A DNA stretch of 60,000 nt from Squalus acanthias (lineage: Eukaryota): contig CM059431.1 in the NCBI GenBank assembly GCA_030390025.1, positions 98,706,001 through 98,766,000 of the forward strand. The letters are read 5' to 3'. The notes under the pieces are model-generated. The model saw only the letters and a list, made by a program, of their open reading frames with translations. It made no database searches and was not told the DNA's origin. Positions 26,312 to 39,271 of this stretch are shown piece after piece. Position numbers and translations under genes: made by a program. The first letter of the stretch is position 1; each line of letters begins with the position of its first letter.

Positions 26312-26699
26312 TAGGGTCGCCAACTCTGGTTGCATGCCCTCCAGTAGGTTTCATCACGTGATCTCCCTCCGCCAACCGCCCCCCCCACACTCCCGCCATT
26401 GGTCGGCCAACATGCCCATCCTCAGGGTGCCCCGCCTTCCCACAGCCAATCGGAACAGACTCCTCGTTACCTGATTGGATGATTCTTGACTGCCAGTCAC
26501 AGGCCATTTTTCTCCCCTCACCAATACTTTTGTAACTGATAAACAAAAGTGCGCAAAGAAAAATGGAGAAAAAAAACAACGTAACACTTTTTAACGCCCC
26601 TATGCTTTTTCTCCCGGGCGTTGCCAGCGGCAGTGTCCCTGGAGATTAATCCTCAATTCCTGGAGACTCCAGGGCAATCCTGGAGGGTTGGCAACCCGA
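26312..26699. mobile_element. Non-autonomous DNA transposon (MITE), probably hAT-type
   Basis: Imperfect TIRs tagggtcgccaac (26312) and gttggcaacccga (ends 26699). The 8-bp flanks gcttacag/acttggag match only 5/8. Confidence 0.6.
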
Positions 26700-27086
26700 A
26701 CTTGGAGATGTTCCTCAAATATTTCCCAGAGGGCATGTTGGGCGACCAATGGCGGGAGTGTGGGGGCGGGGCGGTTGGAGGAGGGAGATCACGTGATGAA
26801 ACCTGCTGGAGGGCATTCAACCAGAGTTGGCGACCCTACTGTAAGCGCATCAACAGAGCCTTTCCTGACAGGATCGTCTTCTGTTTAATGAGCAGCGTTG
26901 CTTTCTTCTGCAGTGCACCCTGAGGTCAGTTTCCTCATAACCCAGAGTGGTCTCATCCAGTGAAAGCTCTTGCTACATCGTGCATATACTGTACTACCTG
27001 GCACCATTATTGGATCAAATCCAGCACTAATCTGCAGGCCTTTGTTACCTCTTACTCTCATCATTGAGATGCAGAAGCAAATTGAT

Positions 27087-27528
27087 CACGGTGGACATAG
27101 TGGTTAGCACTGGTGCCTCACAGCGCCAGGGACCCGGGTTCGAATCTGACCTCGGGTGACTGTCTGTGTGGAGTTTGCACATTCTCCCCGTGTCTGCGTG
27201 GGTTTCCTCCGGGTGCTCCGGTTTCCTCCCACAGTCCAAAAATGTGCGGGTTAGGTTGATTTGGCTATGATAAATTGACCCTTAATGTTAGGGGGATTAA
27301 ATATGTGGGGTTATGGGGATAGGATGGGATATGTTAGGGGGAATTAAATACGTGGGGTTACGGGGATAGGGTGGGATATGTGTCGGTGCAGGCTCGATGG
27401 GGATTCTGTGTGAGGGGGCAGGGACAGGGTGCTGGATTTGGATGATCAGCCATGATCGTATTAAATGGTGGAGCAGGCTCGACGGGCCGAATGGCCTACT
27501 CCTGCTCCTAGATTCTATGTTTCTATGT
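27087..27528 (+). mobile_element. V-SINE (HE1-like) with CR1-derived tail
   Basis: tRNA head (agtggttagcact...gggttcgaatc), V-domain gtgtggagtttgcacattctccccgtgtctgcgtgggtttcctccgggtgctccggtttcctcccacagtcc, CR1 3'UTR tail. Confidence 0.85.
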
Positions 27529-27674
27529 TTATGGATGCAGATTCCCCAATACCTAGGGATACGGTGGTGCAGTGGTTATGTTACTGGACTAGAAATCCAG
27601 TTAGAACGTGAGTTAAAATCTCGCCATGGCAGTTTGAGAATTTAAAATCAGTTTTATAACATCCGGTCTCAATA

Positions 27675-28483
27675 AACATACGAATTAGGAGCAGGAGTCA
27701 GCCCCTCCAGCCCACTCGGCCCCTCCAGCCTGCTCCGCCACTCGGCCCCTCCAGCCTGCTCCGCCACTCGGCCCCTCGAGCCTGCTCCGCCACTCGGCCC
27801 CTCCAGCCTGCTCCGCCACTCGGCCCCTCCAGCCTGCTCCGCCATTCAATAAGATCATGGCTGATCTGATTACTCCACATTCCCACCTACCCCCGATAAC
27901 CTTTCGCCCCCTTGCTTATCAAGAATCTACCTCTGCCTTAAAAATATTCAAAGACTCTGCTTCCACCGTCCTCTGAGGAAGAGAGTTCCAAAGATTGAGT
28001 GAGAAAAAATTTCTCTTATTTTTAAACAGTGACCCCTAGTTCTAGATTCTCCCACAAGAGGAAACATCCTCTCCACATCCACCCTGTCAAGACCCCTCAG
28101 GATCTTGTATGTTTCAATCAAGTCACCTCTTACTCTTCTAAACTCCAGCAGATACAAGCCTAGCCTGTCCAACCTTTCCTCATAAGACAACCCACCCATT
28201 CCAGGTATTAGTCTAGTAAACCTTCTCTGAACTGCTTCCAACACATTTACATCCTTCCTTAAATAAGGAGACCAATACTGTACACAGTACTCCAGATGTG
28301 GTCTCACCAATGCCCTGTATAACTGAAGCATAACCTCCCTACTTTTGTATTCAATTCCCCTCACAATAAACAATAACATTCCATTAGCTTTCCTAATGAC
28401 TTGCTGTACCTGCACACTAACCTTCTGTGATTCATGCACTAGGACACCCAGATCCCTCTGCATCTCAGAGCTCTGCAATCTCT
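27675..28483 (-). mobile_element. CR1 3' fragment with 26-bp tandem expansion in the 3'UTR (about 27698-27843)
   Basis: ORF 27948-28478 (RDLGV...RPHLEYCVQYWSP); five full units plus one partial unit of ctcggcccctccagcctgctccgcca. Confidence 0.9.
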
Positions 28484-29199
28484 CAGAAAGTGACCTTAAC
28501 GTTATCGGCTGGCCGACAACAAAAGCCTGCCGTCCTTGCCCAGTCTGTGCCTATATGTGACTCCAGTCCCACACAAACATGGTTAACCCTCCACTGCCCT
28601 CTGAAGTAGTCTAGCAAGACACTCGATTGTATCAAACCCGGCTCACCAACTCCTTCTCAGGGAAACAAGGGATAGGCAATAAATGCCCACATCCCGAGAA
28701 TGAATATAAAAGATCTGATTAGCTTCTGAACTACATTAAATGTTGCAGCTCTCACTTTGTCCTGTTGCTATTCAAAGGTTCAATGCCACATTAGGAACGG
28801 AATTTGCATAATTCATTGTGGCTCTTTGCTGCGCTCAACATTTCCTCCACTGCGATGAGATTCTTGGGTTCTCCTCTATCACAGAAATCATTGCAAACAA
28901 TTTGTATTTTCCATCATTTGAGAATGGCAGCATTTCCCAAACCTTTCATAACCTTTCAGAAGCATCGATTAAGCAGCAAAGCGAGTTTCCCACACTTGTA
29001 CCCGAGAGTAAAAATTCCAACGTCACTGCTCTCCCATGTCAGCGGTGATCCTCCCACTCACACTTATGTTAAGAGCGAGCTGCTTAACAACGCTGATCCG
29101 ATGAGGGGAGCACACATGGGCATTGTGCTTGCCAACAGCATAACTCTCCCTTCTGAGCTCTTGATCAGATCTCAACCTCTCAGTTTCTGTTGTGTGAAT

Positions 29200-29560
29200 C
29201 ATAGAAGATAGGAGCAGGAGTAGGCCATTCAGCCCCTCGAGCCTGCTCCGCCATTCAATACGATCATGGCTGATCATCCAAATTCAGTACCTTGTCCCTG
29301 CTTTCTCCACCATTGGCGGCTATGCCTTCAGCTGCCTGGGCCCTAAGCTCTGGAATTCCCTCCCTAAACCTCTCCGCCTCTCTCTCCTCCTTTAAGACGC
29401 TCCTTAAAACCTCCCTCTTTGACTAAGCTTTTGGTCACCTGTCCCAATATCTCGTTATGTGGCTCGGTGTCTGATTTTGTTTGATAATCGCTCCTGTGAA
29501 GCACCTTGGGACGTTTTACTATGTTAAAGGCGCTATAGAAATACAAGTTGCTGTTGTTTC
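29200..29560. mobile_element. CR1 3' tip (minus, 29200-29308) abutting an L2 3' fragment (plus, 29309-29560)
   Basis: Both tails are recognisable from other copies in the window. Confidence 0.75.
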
Positions 29561-30137
29561 TGTTGTGTTGGTCCCATGACTTTTCCCACGTGTCTGGACA
29601 GTTTGAAGTAGCTCAGTAGAGTCATTGCTAGCATCAATTGTTATGAGGTTTTTGGGTCAGGTTTTTCCATCCTTTGGAATTCTAAGAAAATTGCAAGGAA
29701 TCCAGCCAGAGACCTTGGAGATGGGATGAATTAGGCGGGTACTGAATAACTGGGGCATAGATTATTTATCACCACTTCGGAATCAGGGTTACATACTAAA
29801 TCATGAAGAGAACAGCTGGAGGCCACTAAGTTGCTGAATTACGACATCTTTGGCAAGAGGTTCTTTGCGGTCATCATAGAATAACTTTAAATTATCCCGT
29901 AAGTATTTAATTAAGGTTGCAGCCTGTGTATTCTCTCTCATTAGTGAGCTCCGTATGTCAGTAATGTACTTGTCAAATGGAATAGGGGATGTGAGGAGAC
30001 AGAGCACAATCACTCGTGCATTGTGTGAAGGCAGACTGGGAATTGGACATGTCACTGCACGGGTCATCCAATACTCCAAGTGCGATATTTGGATCATTCC
30101 AGACACATCCGCAAAGCGAGCTCCATGTTTTCAAGGG

Positions 30138-30497
30138 GTCAGCCGTGGCTCAGTGGGTAGCACTCTCGCTTCTCGCACTCAGAAGATTGCATGTTTTAGC
30201 CCCACTCCAGTGACTTGAGCACAAAATCTAGTCTGACACTTCGGCACCAGCACTGAGGGAGTGCTGCACTGTGGAGATGCAGTTTATTGGAGGAGATGTT
30301 AAACCAAGATCCCATCTGCCCTCTCAGGAGGATGATCTGGTCATTTATCTCATTGCTGTTTGTGGGAGCTTGCTATGCGCAAATTGGCTGCCACGTTTCC
30401 CACATTACAACAGCGACTACATGTCAAAAGTACTTCATTGGCTGTAAAGCGCTTTGGGACATCCTGAGGTCATGAAAGGCGATGTCGAAATGTAGGT
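30138..30497 (+). mobile_element. DeuSINE, single unexpanded unit, internally deleted
   Basis: Head, Deu core and tail motifs. Confidence 0.8.
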
Positions 30498-30847
30498 TTA
30501 TATAAATTTCTTTGGGGGGCTGCCATAATTTCAGCGGAAGATCAGCAGAAACACCGTTTACGCATCGATCGGGGTTTCCGAGGATCTCCACCAAAGTTAC
30601 ACAGGCCAATCAGGAGAGCGTCCCCACCCCCTCCTCTCTGCTCCCCCCTCCCCTCCCCCCCTCCGCACCCCGAGGAAATTCCCGGGGCTTATTTTTAGTG
30701 ATATGGTCTTGAGTTAGTTTCTTTATTAAATGTCGGCTGAAAGCATTTTCAAAAATATTTTCAGTGATTTCATTGGGCTTCCCTGCTTATTGTTTTATTG
30801 GTAACTGTTTGCTGACACTTAATGAGTAGGTTTAGTATTTAATGAAA

Positions 30848-31085
30848 AGACTTACATTTCTGTAGCACAACCTCATGTTGTCCCAAAGCGCTTTACAGCC
30901 AATGAAGTACTTTGAAGTGTAGTCACTGTTGTAATGTGGGAAACACGGCAACCAATTTGCGCACAGCAAGCTCCCACAAACAGCAATGTGATAATGACCA
31001 GATAATCTGTTGTAGTAATGTTAGTTGAGGGATTAACATTGGCCCCAGGACACCGGGGAGAACTCCCCTGCTCCTCTTCGAATAA
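30848..31085 (-). mobile_element. DeuSINE 3' half
   Basis: Deu core and tail in reverse. Confidence 0.8.
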
Positions 31086-31317
31086 CGACCAATAAAATCT
31101 AAGCATTATGTAAAAATAAGGACAGAACACAAGATTTCAATTCCTTTATTTTCTTGCAAGCCAATAATTGTTTATTATTTCACCAGATGCAGCAGTGTAT
31201 ATTCTTGGGGGGGGGGGGGGGGAACATAGAAATATTATTTTGACTGCAAGAATCAAAGACATTGAAATGATCAGTTCCCAATCTTGTGCAGACCCTTGCT
31301 CAGATTTATTCCTCTTT

Positions 31318-34300
31318 CATAGGAACATAGCAACAGGAGGAGGCCATTCAGCCCCTCGAGCCTGTTCCGCCATTCAATGAGATCATGGCTGATCTGCGAC
31401 TAAACTCCATATACCTTTGGCCCATATCCCTTAGAACATAAGAAATAGGAGCAGGAATAGGCCACTTGGCCCCTCGAGCCTGCTCCGCCATTCAATAAGA
31501 GCTAGGGCTCAAAGCCACTTCCCTGCCCGCTCCCCATAATCTTCCACTCCCTTATCTTGGAAAAATGTGTCTATCTCCACTTTAAATGTATTTAATGACC
31601 CAGCCTCGTAGCTCTCTGGGGCAGAGAATTCCACAAATTTACAACCCTCTGAGAGAAGAAGTTCCTCCTCATCTCAGTTCTAAAAGGGCAAGCCTTTATT
31701 CTGAGACTGGGCCCCCGAGTTCTAGATTTCCCCACGAGGGGAAACATTCTCTCTGCATCTACCCTGTCGTGCCCCCTCAGTATCTTATATGTTTCGATAA
31801 GATCACCTCTCATTCTTCTAAATTCCAATGAGTATAGGCCCAGCCTGCTCAACCTTGCCTCATAAGTCAAACCCCTCATCTCTGGAATTAACCTAGTGAA
31901 TCGTCTCTGAACTGCCTCCAATGCAAGTATATCCTTCCTTAAATAAGGAGACCAAAACTGTACGCAGTACTCAAGGTGTGGTCTCACCAATACCTTGTAC
32001 AGTTGTAGCAGGACTTCCCTGCTTTTATACTCCAACCCCCTTGAAATAAAGGCCAACATTCCATTTGCCTTTTTGATTACTTGCTGCACCTGCATGCTAA
32101 CTTTTTGTGTTTCATGCACAAGGACCCCCAGGTCCCTTGGAACTGTAGCATTTTGTAATCTCTCTCCAGTTAAATAATAGTTTGCTTTTTTATTTTTCCT
32201 GCCAAAGTGGATAACCTCGCACTTTCCCACATTATACTCCATCTGCTAAATGTTTGCCCACTCACCTAGCCTGTCTATACCCCTTTGCAGATTCTTTGAG
32301 TCTTCTGCACAACTTGCTTTCCCACCCATCTTTGTATCATCTGCAAACTTGGCTACATTACACTCGATCCCTTCATCCAAGTCATTAATGTAGATTGTAA
32401 ATAGTTGGGGCCCCAGCACCGATCCTTGCCAGGCAATGACTATCTCCAACAAGCGAGAGTCTAACCACCTCCTTGACATTCAATGGCATTACCATCGCCG
32501 AATCCCCCACTATCAACATCCTGGGGGTCACCATTAACCAGAAACTTAACTGGACCAGCCACATAAATACTGTGGTAACAAGAGCAGGTCAGAGGCTAGG
32601 TATTCTGCGGCGAGTGTCTTACCTCCTGACTCCCCAAAGCCTTTCCACCATCTACAAGGCACAAGTAAGGAGTGTGATGGAATACTCTCCACTTGCCTGG
32701 ATGAGTGCAGCTCCAACAACACTCAAGAAGCTCGACACCATCCAGGACAAAGCAGCCCGCTTGATTGGCACCCCATCCACCACCTTAAACATTCACTCCC
32801 TCCACCACCGGCGTACCGTGGCTGCAGTGTGTACCATCTACAAGATGCACTGCAGCAACTCGCCAAGGCTTCTTCGACAGCACCTCCCAAACCCGCGATC
32901 TCTTCCACCTAGAAGGACAAGGGCAGCAGGCGCATGGGAACACCACCACCTCCAAGGTCCCCTCCAAGTCACACACCATCCTGACTTAGAAGTATATCAC
33001 CGATCCTTCATCGTCGCTGGGTCAAAATCCTGAACTCCCTCCCTAACAGTACTGTGGAAGTACCATCACCACACGGACTGCAGCGGTTCAAGAAGGCGGC
33101 TCACCACCACCTTCTCAAGGGCAACTAGGGATGGGCAATAAATGCTGGTATTGCCAGCGACGCCCACATCCCATAAACGAATTTAAAAAAAAACACTAGT
33201 TACCGTTTGCCAACCAAAAAATGACCCATTTATCCCGACTGTCTGCTTTCTGTTAGTTAGCCAATTCTCTATCCATGCTAATATACTACCCCCAACTCCG
33301 TGAGCTCTTATCTTATGCAGTAACCTTTTATGTGGCACCTTATCGAATGCCTTCTGGAAATCCAAATACACCACATCCACTGGCTCACCCTTGTCCACCC
33401 TGATTTTTACATCCTCAAAGAACTCCAGCAAATTTGTTAAACATGATTTCCCTTTCCTAAAACCATGCTGACTCGGTTTGACTGCAGTATGTTTTTCTAA
33501 ATGCCCTGCTACTGCTTCCTTAATGAAGGACTCCAGCATGTTTCCAACGACAGATGTTAGGCTAACTGGTCTATAGTTTCCTGCTTTCTGTCTCCCTCCT
33601 TTCTTAAATAGGGGTGTTACATTAGCGGTTTTCCAATCCGCTGGGACCTCTCCAGAATCCAGGGAATTTTGGTATATTGCAACCAATGCATCCACTATCT
33701 CTGCAGCCACTTCTTTTAAGACCCTGGGATGCAGACCATCAGGTCCAGGGGACTTGTCATCTTTTAGTCCCATTATTTTACCAAGTACTATTTCCTTAGT
33801 GATAGTGATTGTCTTTAGTTCCCCCCCTCCCTGTGGCCCCTTGATTATCCATTATTGGGATGTTGTTAGTGTCTTCTACAGTGAAGACCGATGCAAAATA
33901 TTTGTTCAGAGTTTCTGCCATTTCCCCGTTCCCCATTATTAATTCCCCAGTCTCATCCTCTAAGGGACCAACATTTACTTTAGCTACCCTCTTCCTTTTT
34001 ATATGCCTGTAGAAGCTCTTACTATCTGTTTTAATGTTTCTTGCCCGCTTACTCTCATAATACCTTTGGTTAACAAAAATCTATCAATCTCCGATTTAAA
34101 ATTAACAATTGATCTAGCATCAATTGCTGTTTGCGGTAGACAGTTCCAAACTTCTACCACCCTTTCTGTGTAGAAGTGTTTCCTAACTTCACTCCTGAAA
34201 GGTCTGGCTCTAATATTTAGACTATGCCCCCTAGTCCTAGAATCCCCAACAGCGGAAATAGTTTCTCTCTATCTACCCTATCTGTTCCCCTTAATATACT

Positions 34301-34872
34301 GAAAACTTCAATCAGATCACCCCTTAACCTTCTGAATTCTAGGGAACACACCACCCTAGTTTGTGTAATCTCTCCTCGTAATTTAACCGTTGAAGTCCGG
34401 GTATCATTCTGGTAAACCGACGCTGCCCTCCCTCCAAGGCCAATATATCCTTCCTAAGGTGTGGTGCCCAGAACTGCTCACAGTACTCCAGGTGTGGTCT
34501 AACCAGGGCTTTGTATAGCTGAAGCATAACTTCGACCCCCTTGTATTCTAGTCCTCTAGATATAAAGGCCAGCATTCCATTAGCCTTTTTGATTATTTTC
34601 TCTACTTGTTCATGACATTTTAATGATCTATGTACCTGGACCCCCAAGTCTCTTTGGACCTCCACTGTTTTTAGCTTTTCACCATTTAGAAAGTAGTCTG
34701 TTCTATCCTTTTTAGGTCCAAAGTGGATGATCTCACATTTGCCTGCACTGAAATCCATTTGAGACAGTTTTGCCCATTCACTTAATCTATTAATATCTCT
34801 GTAATTTTATGCTTCCATCTACACCACATATCATCAGCAAACTTGGATATGTGGCTCTCCAACCCATCATCT
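31318..34872 (-). mobile_element. Nested CR1s: outer copy (31318-31432 + 34058-34872) split by inner copy (31433-34057)
   Basis: The outer 3'UTR breaks at cccatatccctt and resumes at taatacctttgg. Inner ORFs: 31592-32242, 32246-32420, 33183-33773. Outer ORF: 34339-34758. Confidence 0.88.
32427..33193 (+). mobile_element. 5'-truncated LINE of a different CR1/L2/Jockey-group family inserted into the inner CR1
   Basis: RT C-terminus ILGVTINQKLNWTSHI...IYKAQVRSVMEYSPLAW; distinct tail gggatgggcaataaatgctgg...cacatccc plus an A-run. Confidence 0.85.
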
Positions 34873-35742
34873 AGGTTGTCCTAACACTGGGCTATTTCTC
34901 TCTTATGAAGAGCCCAATTCCTTGCAGCACAGGTTTTTTTTGTTGACTGTGTCATTGTCATTCTTACTAAAGTTTGCTTTCTTAAAATATTACATTTCCC
35001 CAAAACAAATCGTGATTTTGGTTATGAAGTGTGAGTGAAGAAAGTGAGTCAGCTCTTATTGCACCTCTACACTTCCACCTTCCATTCACCCGCTCAGCAA
35101 ATGATGGATATATTTTAAACCACAGAATGATGTGCCTATGTATTTGATTTACATCCTGTTGGATTCTTTACATAGTTGGCCCTGCTCTCTTTTTCATCTC
35201 GTTAAGAAAATGTGTTGGTTCACAGTTAACAGTCTGTCTTCTCAAAAGGTCTCAGCCTCTTTATCAGCAGAACTTTACACTTGTTCCTGTTCTTGACTTT
35301 ATATACTTCCTTACGATCCAGTAATGGATTATTTCTCCAAATGTAGGAGCTGGTTTTTTTATCAATTATTTTTCTGCGATTTTTTTCACTTGGCCGTTGG
35401 CAGCCATGAGAACATGTTCCCTTTCTCCCGCTCCCCTCCTCACCAAACAGAACATCTCCACACTTCAAAATGTAATTCGCTGAGTGTAAACCCTTCGGGA
35501 CATCCTGAGAATGTGAGAAGGCATACAGTAGTGTCTCTACCGCCCTCTCCTCCTGTAAGACGTTCCATAAAACCTACCTCACTGTCCCAAAAGCTCCTTA
35601 TGTGGCTCGGTATCAAATTTTGTCTTTAATACACTCCTGTGAAGCGACTTGGGACGTTTCACTACGTTAAAGGCACTATATAAATGCAAGTTGTTGCTGT
35701 TGTAATCGCAAATTCTTCAATCAACATCTCAGCGAGCATTGA

Positions 35743-36735
35743 CATAGAAACATAGAAAAATAGGAGCAGGAGTCGGCAATTCGGCCCTTCGAGCCTGCTC
35801 CGCCATTCAATATGATCATGGCTGATCCTCTATCTCAATACCATATTCCCGCTCTCTCCCCATACCCCTTGATGCCTTTTGTGTCTAGAAATCTGTCTAT
35901 CTCCTTAAATATATTCAGTGACTTGGCCTCCACAGCCTTCTGTGGTAGAGAATTCCACAGGTTCACCACCCTCTGAGCGAAGAAATTTCTCCTCATCTCA
36001 GTCCTAAATGTCCTACCCCGTATCCTGAGACTGTGACCCCTCGTTCTAGACAAGCCCCCCCCGCCCCCTCACCCCTCCCAGCCAGGGGAAACATCCTCCC
36101 TGCATCCAGTCTGTCTAGCCCTGTCAGAATTTTATATGTTTCAATGAGATCCCCTCTCATTCTTCTAAACTCTAGTGAATACAGGCCTAGTCAACCCAAT
36201 CTCTCCTCATACGACAATCCTGCCATCCCAGGAATCAGTCTGGTGAACCTTCGCTGCACTCCCTTTATGGCAAGTATATCCTTTCTTAGATAAGGAGACT
36301 AAAATTGCACACAGTACTCCAGGTGTGGTCTCACCAAGGCCCTGTACAACTGTAGTAAGACATCCTTGTTCCTGTACTCAAATCCTCTTGCAATGAAGGC
36401 CAACATACCATTTGCCTTCCTAACTGCTTGCTGCACCTGCATGTTTGCTTTCAGTGACTGGTGTACAAGGACACCCAGGTCCCTTTGTACATCAGCATTT
36501 CCCAATCTATCACCATTTAAATAATACTCTACCTTTCTGTTTTTCCTACCGAAGTGGATAACTTCACATTTATCCACATTATACTGCATCTGCCATGTAT
36601 TTGCCCACTCACTCAACTTGTCGAAATCGCCTTGAAGCCTCTTTGCATCCTCCTCACGACTTACAATCCCACCTAGATTTGTGTTGTCAGCAAACTTGGA
36701 AATATTACATTTGGTTCCCTCATCCAAATCATTGA
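35743..36735 (-). mobile_element. CR1 3' fragment (about 1 kb)
   Basis: ORFs 36299-36727 (KFADN, RDLGV) and 35835-36053; (catagaaa)n tail. Confidence 0.9.
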
Positions 36736-37089
36736 CCTTTGCAACTACAGACTAGACTTACTTGTTCTTGAATTCTTTATATAATTCAGCTGGGTGCCAA
36801 TAAGCATCATTCTGAACAGCTTGCTTTTGTCCGACAATGTCTCAGAGTGATAAACACTTTGTCCCCTCGAGCACAGAATCCTTGGCTTCCCTTCACAGAT
36901 CTTCCCAAGTGTTGCTGAATTTTTGATGTCCATCACACTCCAAGACTAGGTTATTTCTCTCCTGTGAATCGATGTTCTCAGAGCAGAGATATCAGTCCAG
37001 TGCCGACTCTTCCTCACAGATCCCTATTTAAATATTTTAATGAATGTTGCTGATTTTGTTTTGAAACTCACTCCCTCGCACTCTCCCTA

Positions 37090-37370
37090 CTTTGATAGAG
37101 CAAAACTATTCCCTCGAGCGAGTGGGTCAATAGCCAAAGGTCATACATTTAAAATCATTGGCAAAAGATTTAGATGGGAGATGAGGATTATGGGGATCTG
37201 GAACGCTCGACCTGAAAAGGTGGTGGAAGCCGATTCCATAAATAATTTAAAAAGGGAGTTGGACAGGTACTTGAGGATGAGGAACTTATAGGGTTACGGA
37301 CAAAAAGCGGGGATTTGGGACTATGCACAGAATCAGCACAGGTACGACAGGCCGAATGGCCTCCTTCTGC
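37090..37370 (+). mobile_element. CR1 3' end
   Basis: DRAKLFP...IWNARPEKVVEADS. Confidence 0.75.
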
Positions 37371-37707
37371 AGTCAAACACCAAGTATAAATGCGGTATAC
37401 CCCAGCGGCCAACAACAATATTTCAATTCTCGTCTTTTAAGCGGTCACATGAACTATCAGAGGACGATCTTGTTGGTGATGATGGCCTTGTCTTTGACCA
37501 AGTCATGACCTGTAATATGAGTTTTTAAATTGGCTTTGATATGGTTTTTGCAGAAAGCCAAGGGTAGAGTTTACGAATTTACGCTCCTGGAAGATCATTC
37601 CTGCAGCAAGATACGCTGAGCTCCACCTCCTCGATATCAGAGTGTGTATCCCAGCAGGTCAAGCTCAGCAATGGGAGCCTGAATTCATAAAATCCACCTG
37701 ATACACT

Positions 37708-38210
37708 ATTATAAATAGAGGCGCAGAGTACAAAAGCCAGGAAGTCATGTTAAACCGATATAAAACACGAGTTGGACCCCGGCTAGAGTATGGTGTCCAA
37801 TTCTGGGCGCCGCACTTTAGAGAGGACATGAAAGCTTTGGAGAGGGTACAGAAGAGATTTACTAGAATGGTTCCAGGGATGAGGGAATTACAGTTACGTG
37901 GAGAGACTGGAGAAGCTGGGGTTGTTCTCCTTGGAGCAGAGAAGGTTAAGTGGAGATTTGATAGAACGTTCAAAATCATGACGGGTTCAGAAAGAGTAAA
38001 TAAAGAGAAACTGTTTCCAATGGCTGAAGGGTTGATGACCAGGGGGCACAGATTTAAGATGATTGGCAAAAGAACCAGAGGCGACATGAGGAAAAACTTT
38101 AGTTACACCACGAGTGGCTAGGATTGGGAATGCGCTGCTTGAGAGGGTGGTGGATACAGATTCAATAGTAGCCTTCAAAAGGGAATTGGATAAATACTTG
38201 GAAGGAGAAT
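37708..38210 (+). mobile_element. CR1 3' fragment
   Basis: ORF 37747-38121 has LEYGVQFWAPH and [14 protein letters not shown]. Confidence 0.85.
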
Positions 38211-39271
38211 ATGATTCTATGATTGCATGGTTTAACAATGTAACAAAATTAATCATGGCTACACCAGTGTGAATTGGATGCTGGCGCATCTCATGTACAA
38301 GTGAGTTGAAAGTCATGTTTGGTTATATCTCGATAGAAATCCACCAGTTAATTACCAATTGTTATAAAGGGACATATTTGCAACTCTTGTTACGGCATTC
38401 TATGCTGTTGGTGGACGAACAATTTAGGGAGAAGCGTTTTGTCCAGAAACCTTCCCCTTCTTCAGCTTGAAACTCTACACACTAGTGTCTTATTCCATCC
38501 TCCTTCTGGCTGCCCAGGTACAGAACCTTGACATCCGAGCATCAAACTCCCATCAGTAGAGTTGCCCATTACCACCTCGGTAGCATGACCTGCCTTCGTC
38601 CCCACCTCATCCCCACAAATGTCAGCCGAGACTCGGTGGGTAGCACCTGTGAGTCAGAAGATTGTGGATTAAACTCCAACTCCAGAGACTTGACCACAAA
38701 TTATCTAGGCTGACACTCCCAGTGCAGTACTGAGGGAGCGCTGCACTGTCGGAGGGGCAGTACTGAGGGAGCGCCGCACTGGCGGAGGGGCAGTACTGAG
38801 GGAGCGCCGCACTGTCGGAGGGGCAGTACTGAGGGAGCGCCGCACTGTCGGAGGGGCAGTACTGAGGGAGCGCCGCACTGTCGGAGGGGCAGTACTGAGG
38901 GAGCGCCGCACTGTCGGAGGGGCAGTACTGAGGGAGCGCCGCACTGTCGGAGGGGCAGTACTGAGGGAGCGCCGCACTGTCGGAGGGGCAGTACTGAGGG
39001 AGCGCCGCACTGTCGGAGGGGCAGTACTGAGGGAGCGCCGCACTGTCGGAGGGGCAGTACTGAGGGAGCGCCGCACTGTCGGAGGGGCAGTACTGAGGGA
39101 GCGCCGCACTGTCGGAGGGGCAGTACTGAGGGAGCGCCGCACTGTCGGAGGGGCAGTACTGAGGGAGTGCTGCGCTGTTGTAGATGCCGTCTTTCGGATG
39201 AGACGTTGAACAGAGGCCCCGTCTGTCCTCTCAGATGGATGTAAAAGATCCCATGGCAATTTAAAAGAAGA

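Noticed and set aside
29801..30106. 101-aa minus-strand ORF in unique sequence
   Set aside because: No recognisable homology or convincing splice signals; cannot be supported without a search.
36745..36936. ORF containing LGKICEG, superficially like a GAP1-family N-terminus
   Set aside because: The surrounding residues do not match RASA2/RASA3 exon 1 and there is no donor site at the expected position.
5015..39259. Long repetitive ORFs (GGAVLRERCTV, STAPPTVQRSL, PQYCPSDSAAL)
   Set aside because: By-products of a stop-poor 33-bp (11-codon) unit open in several frames on both strands inside SINEs.
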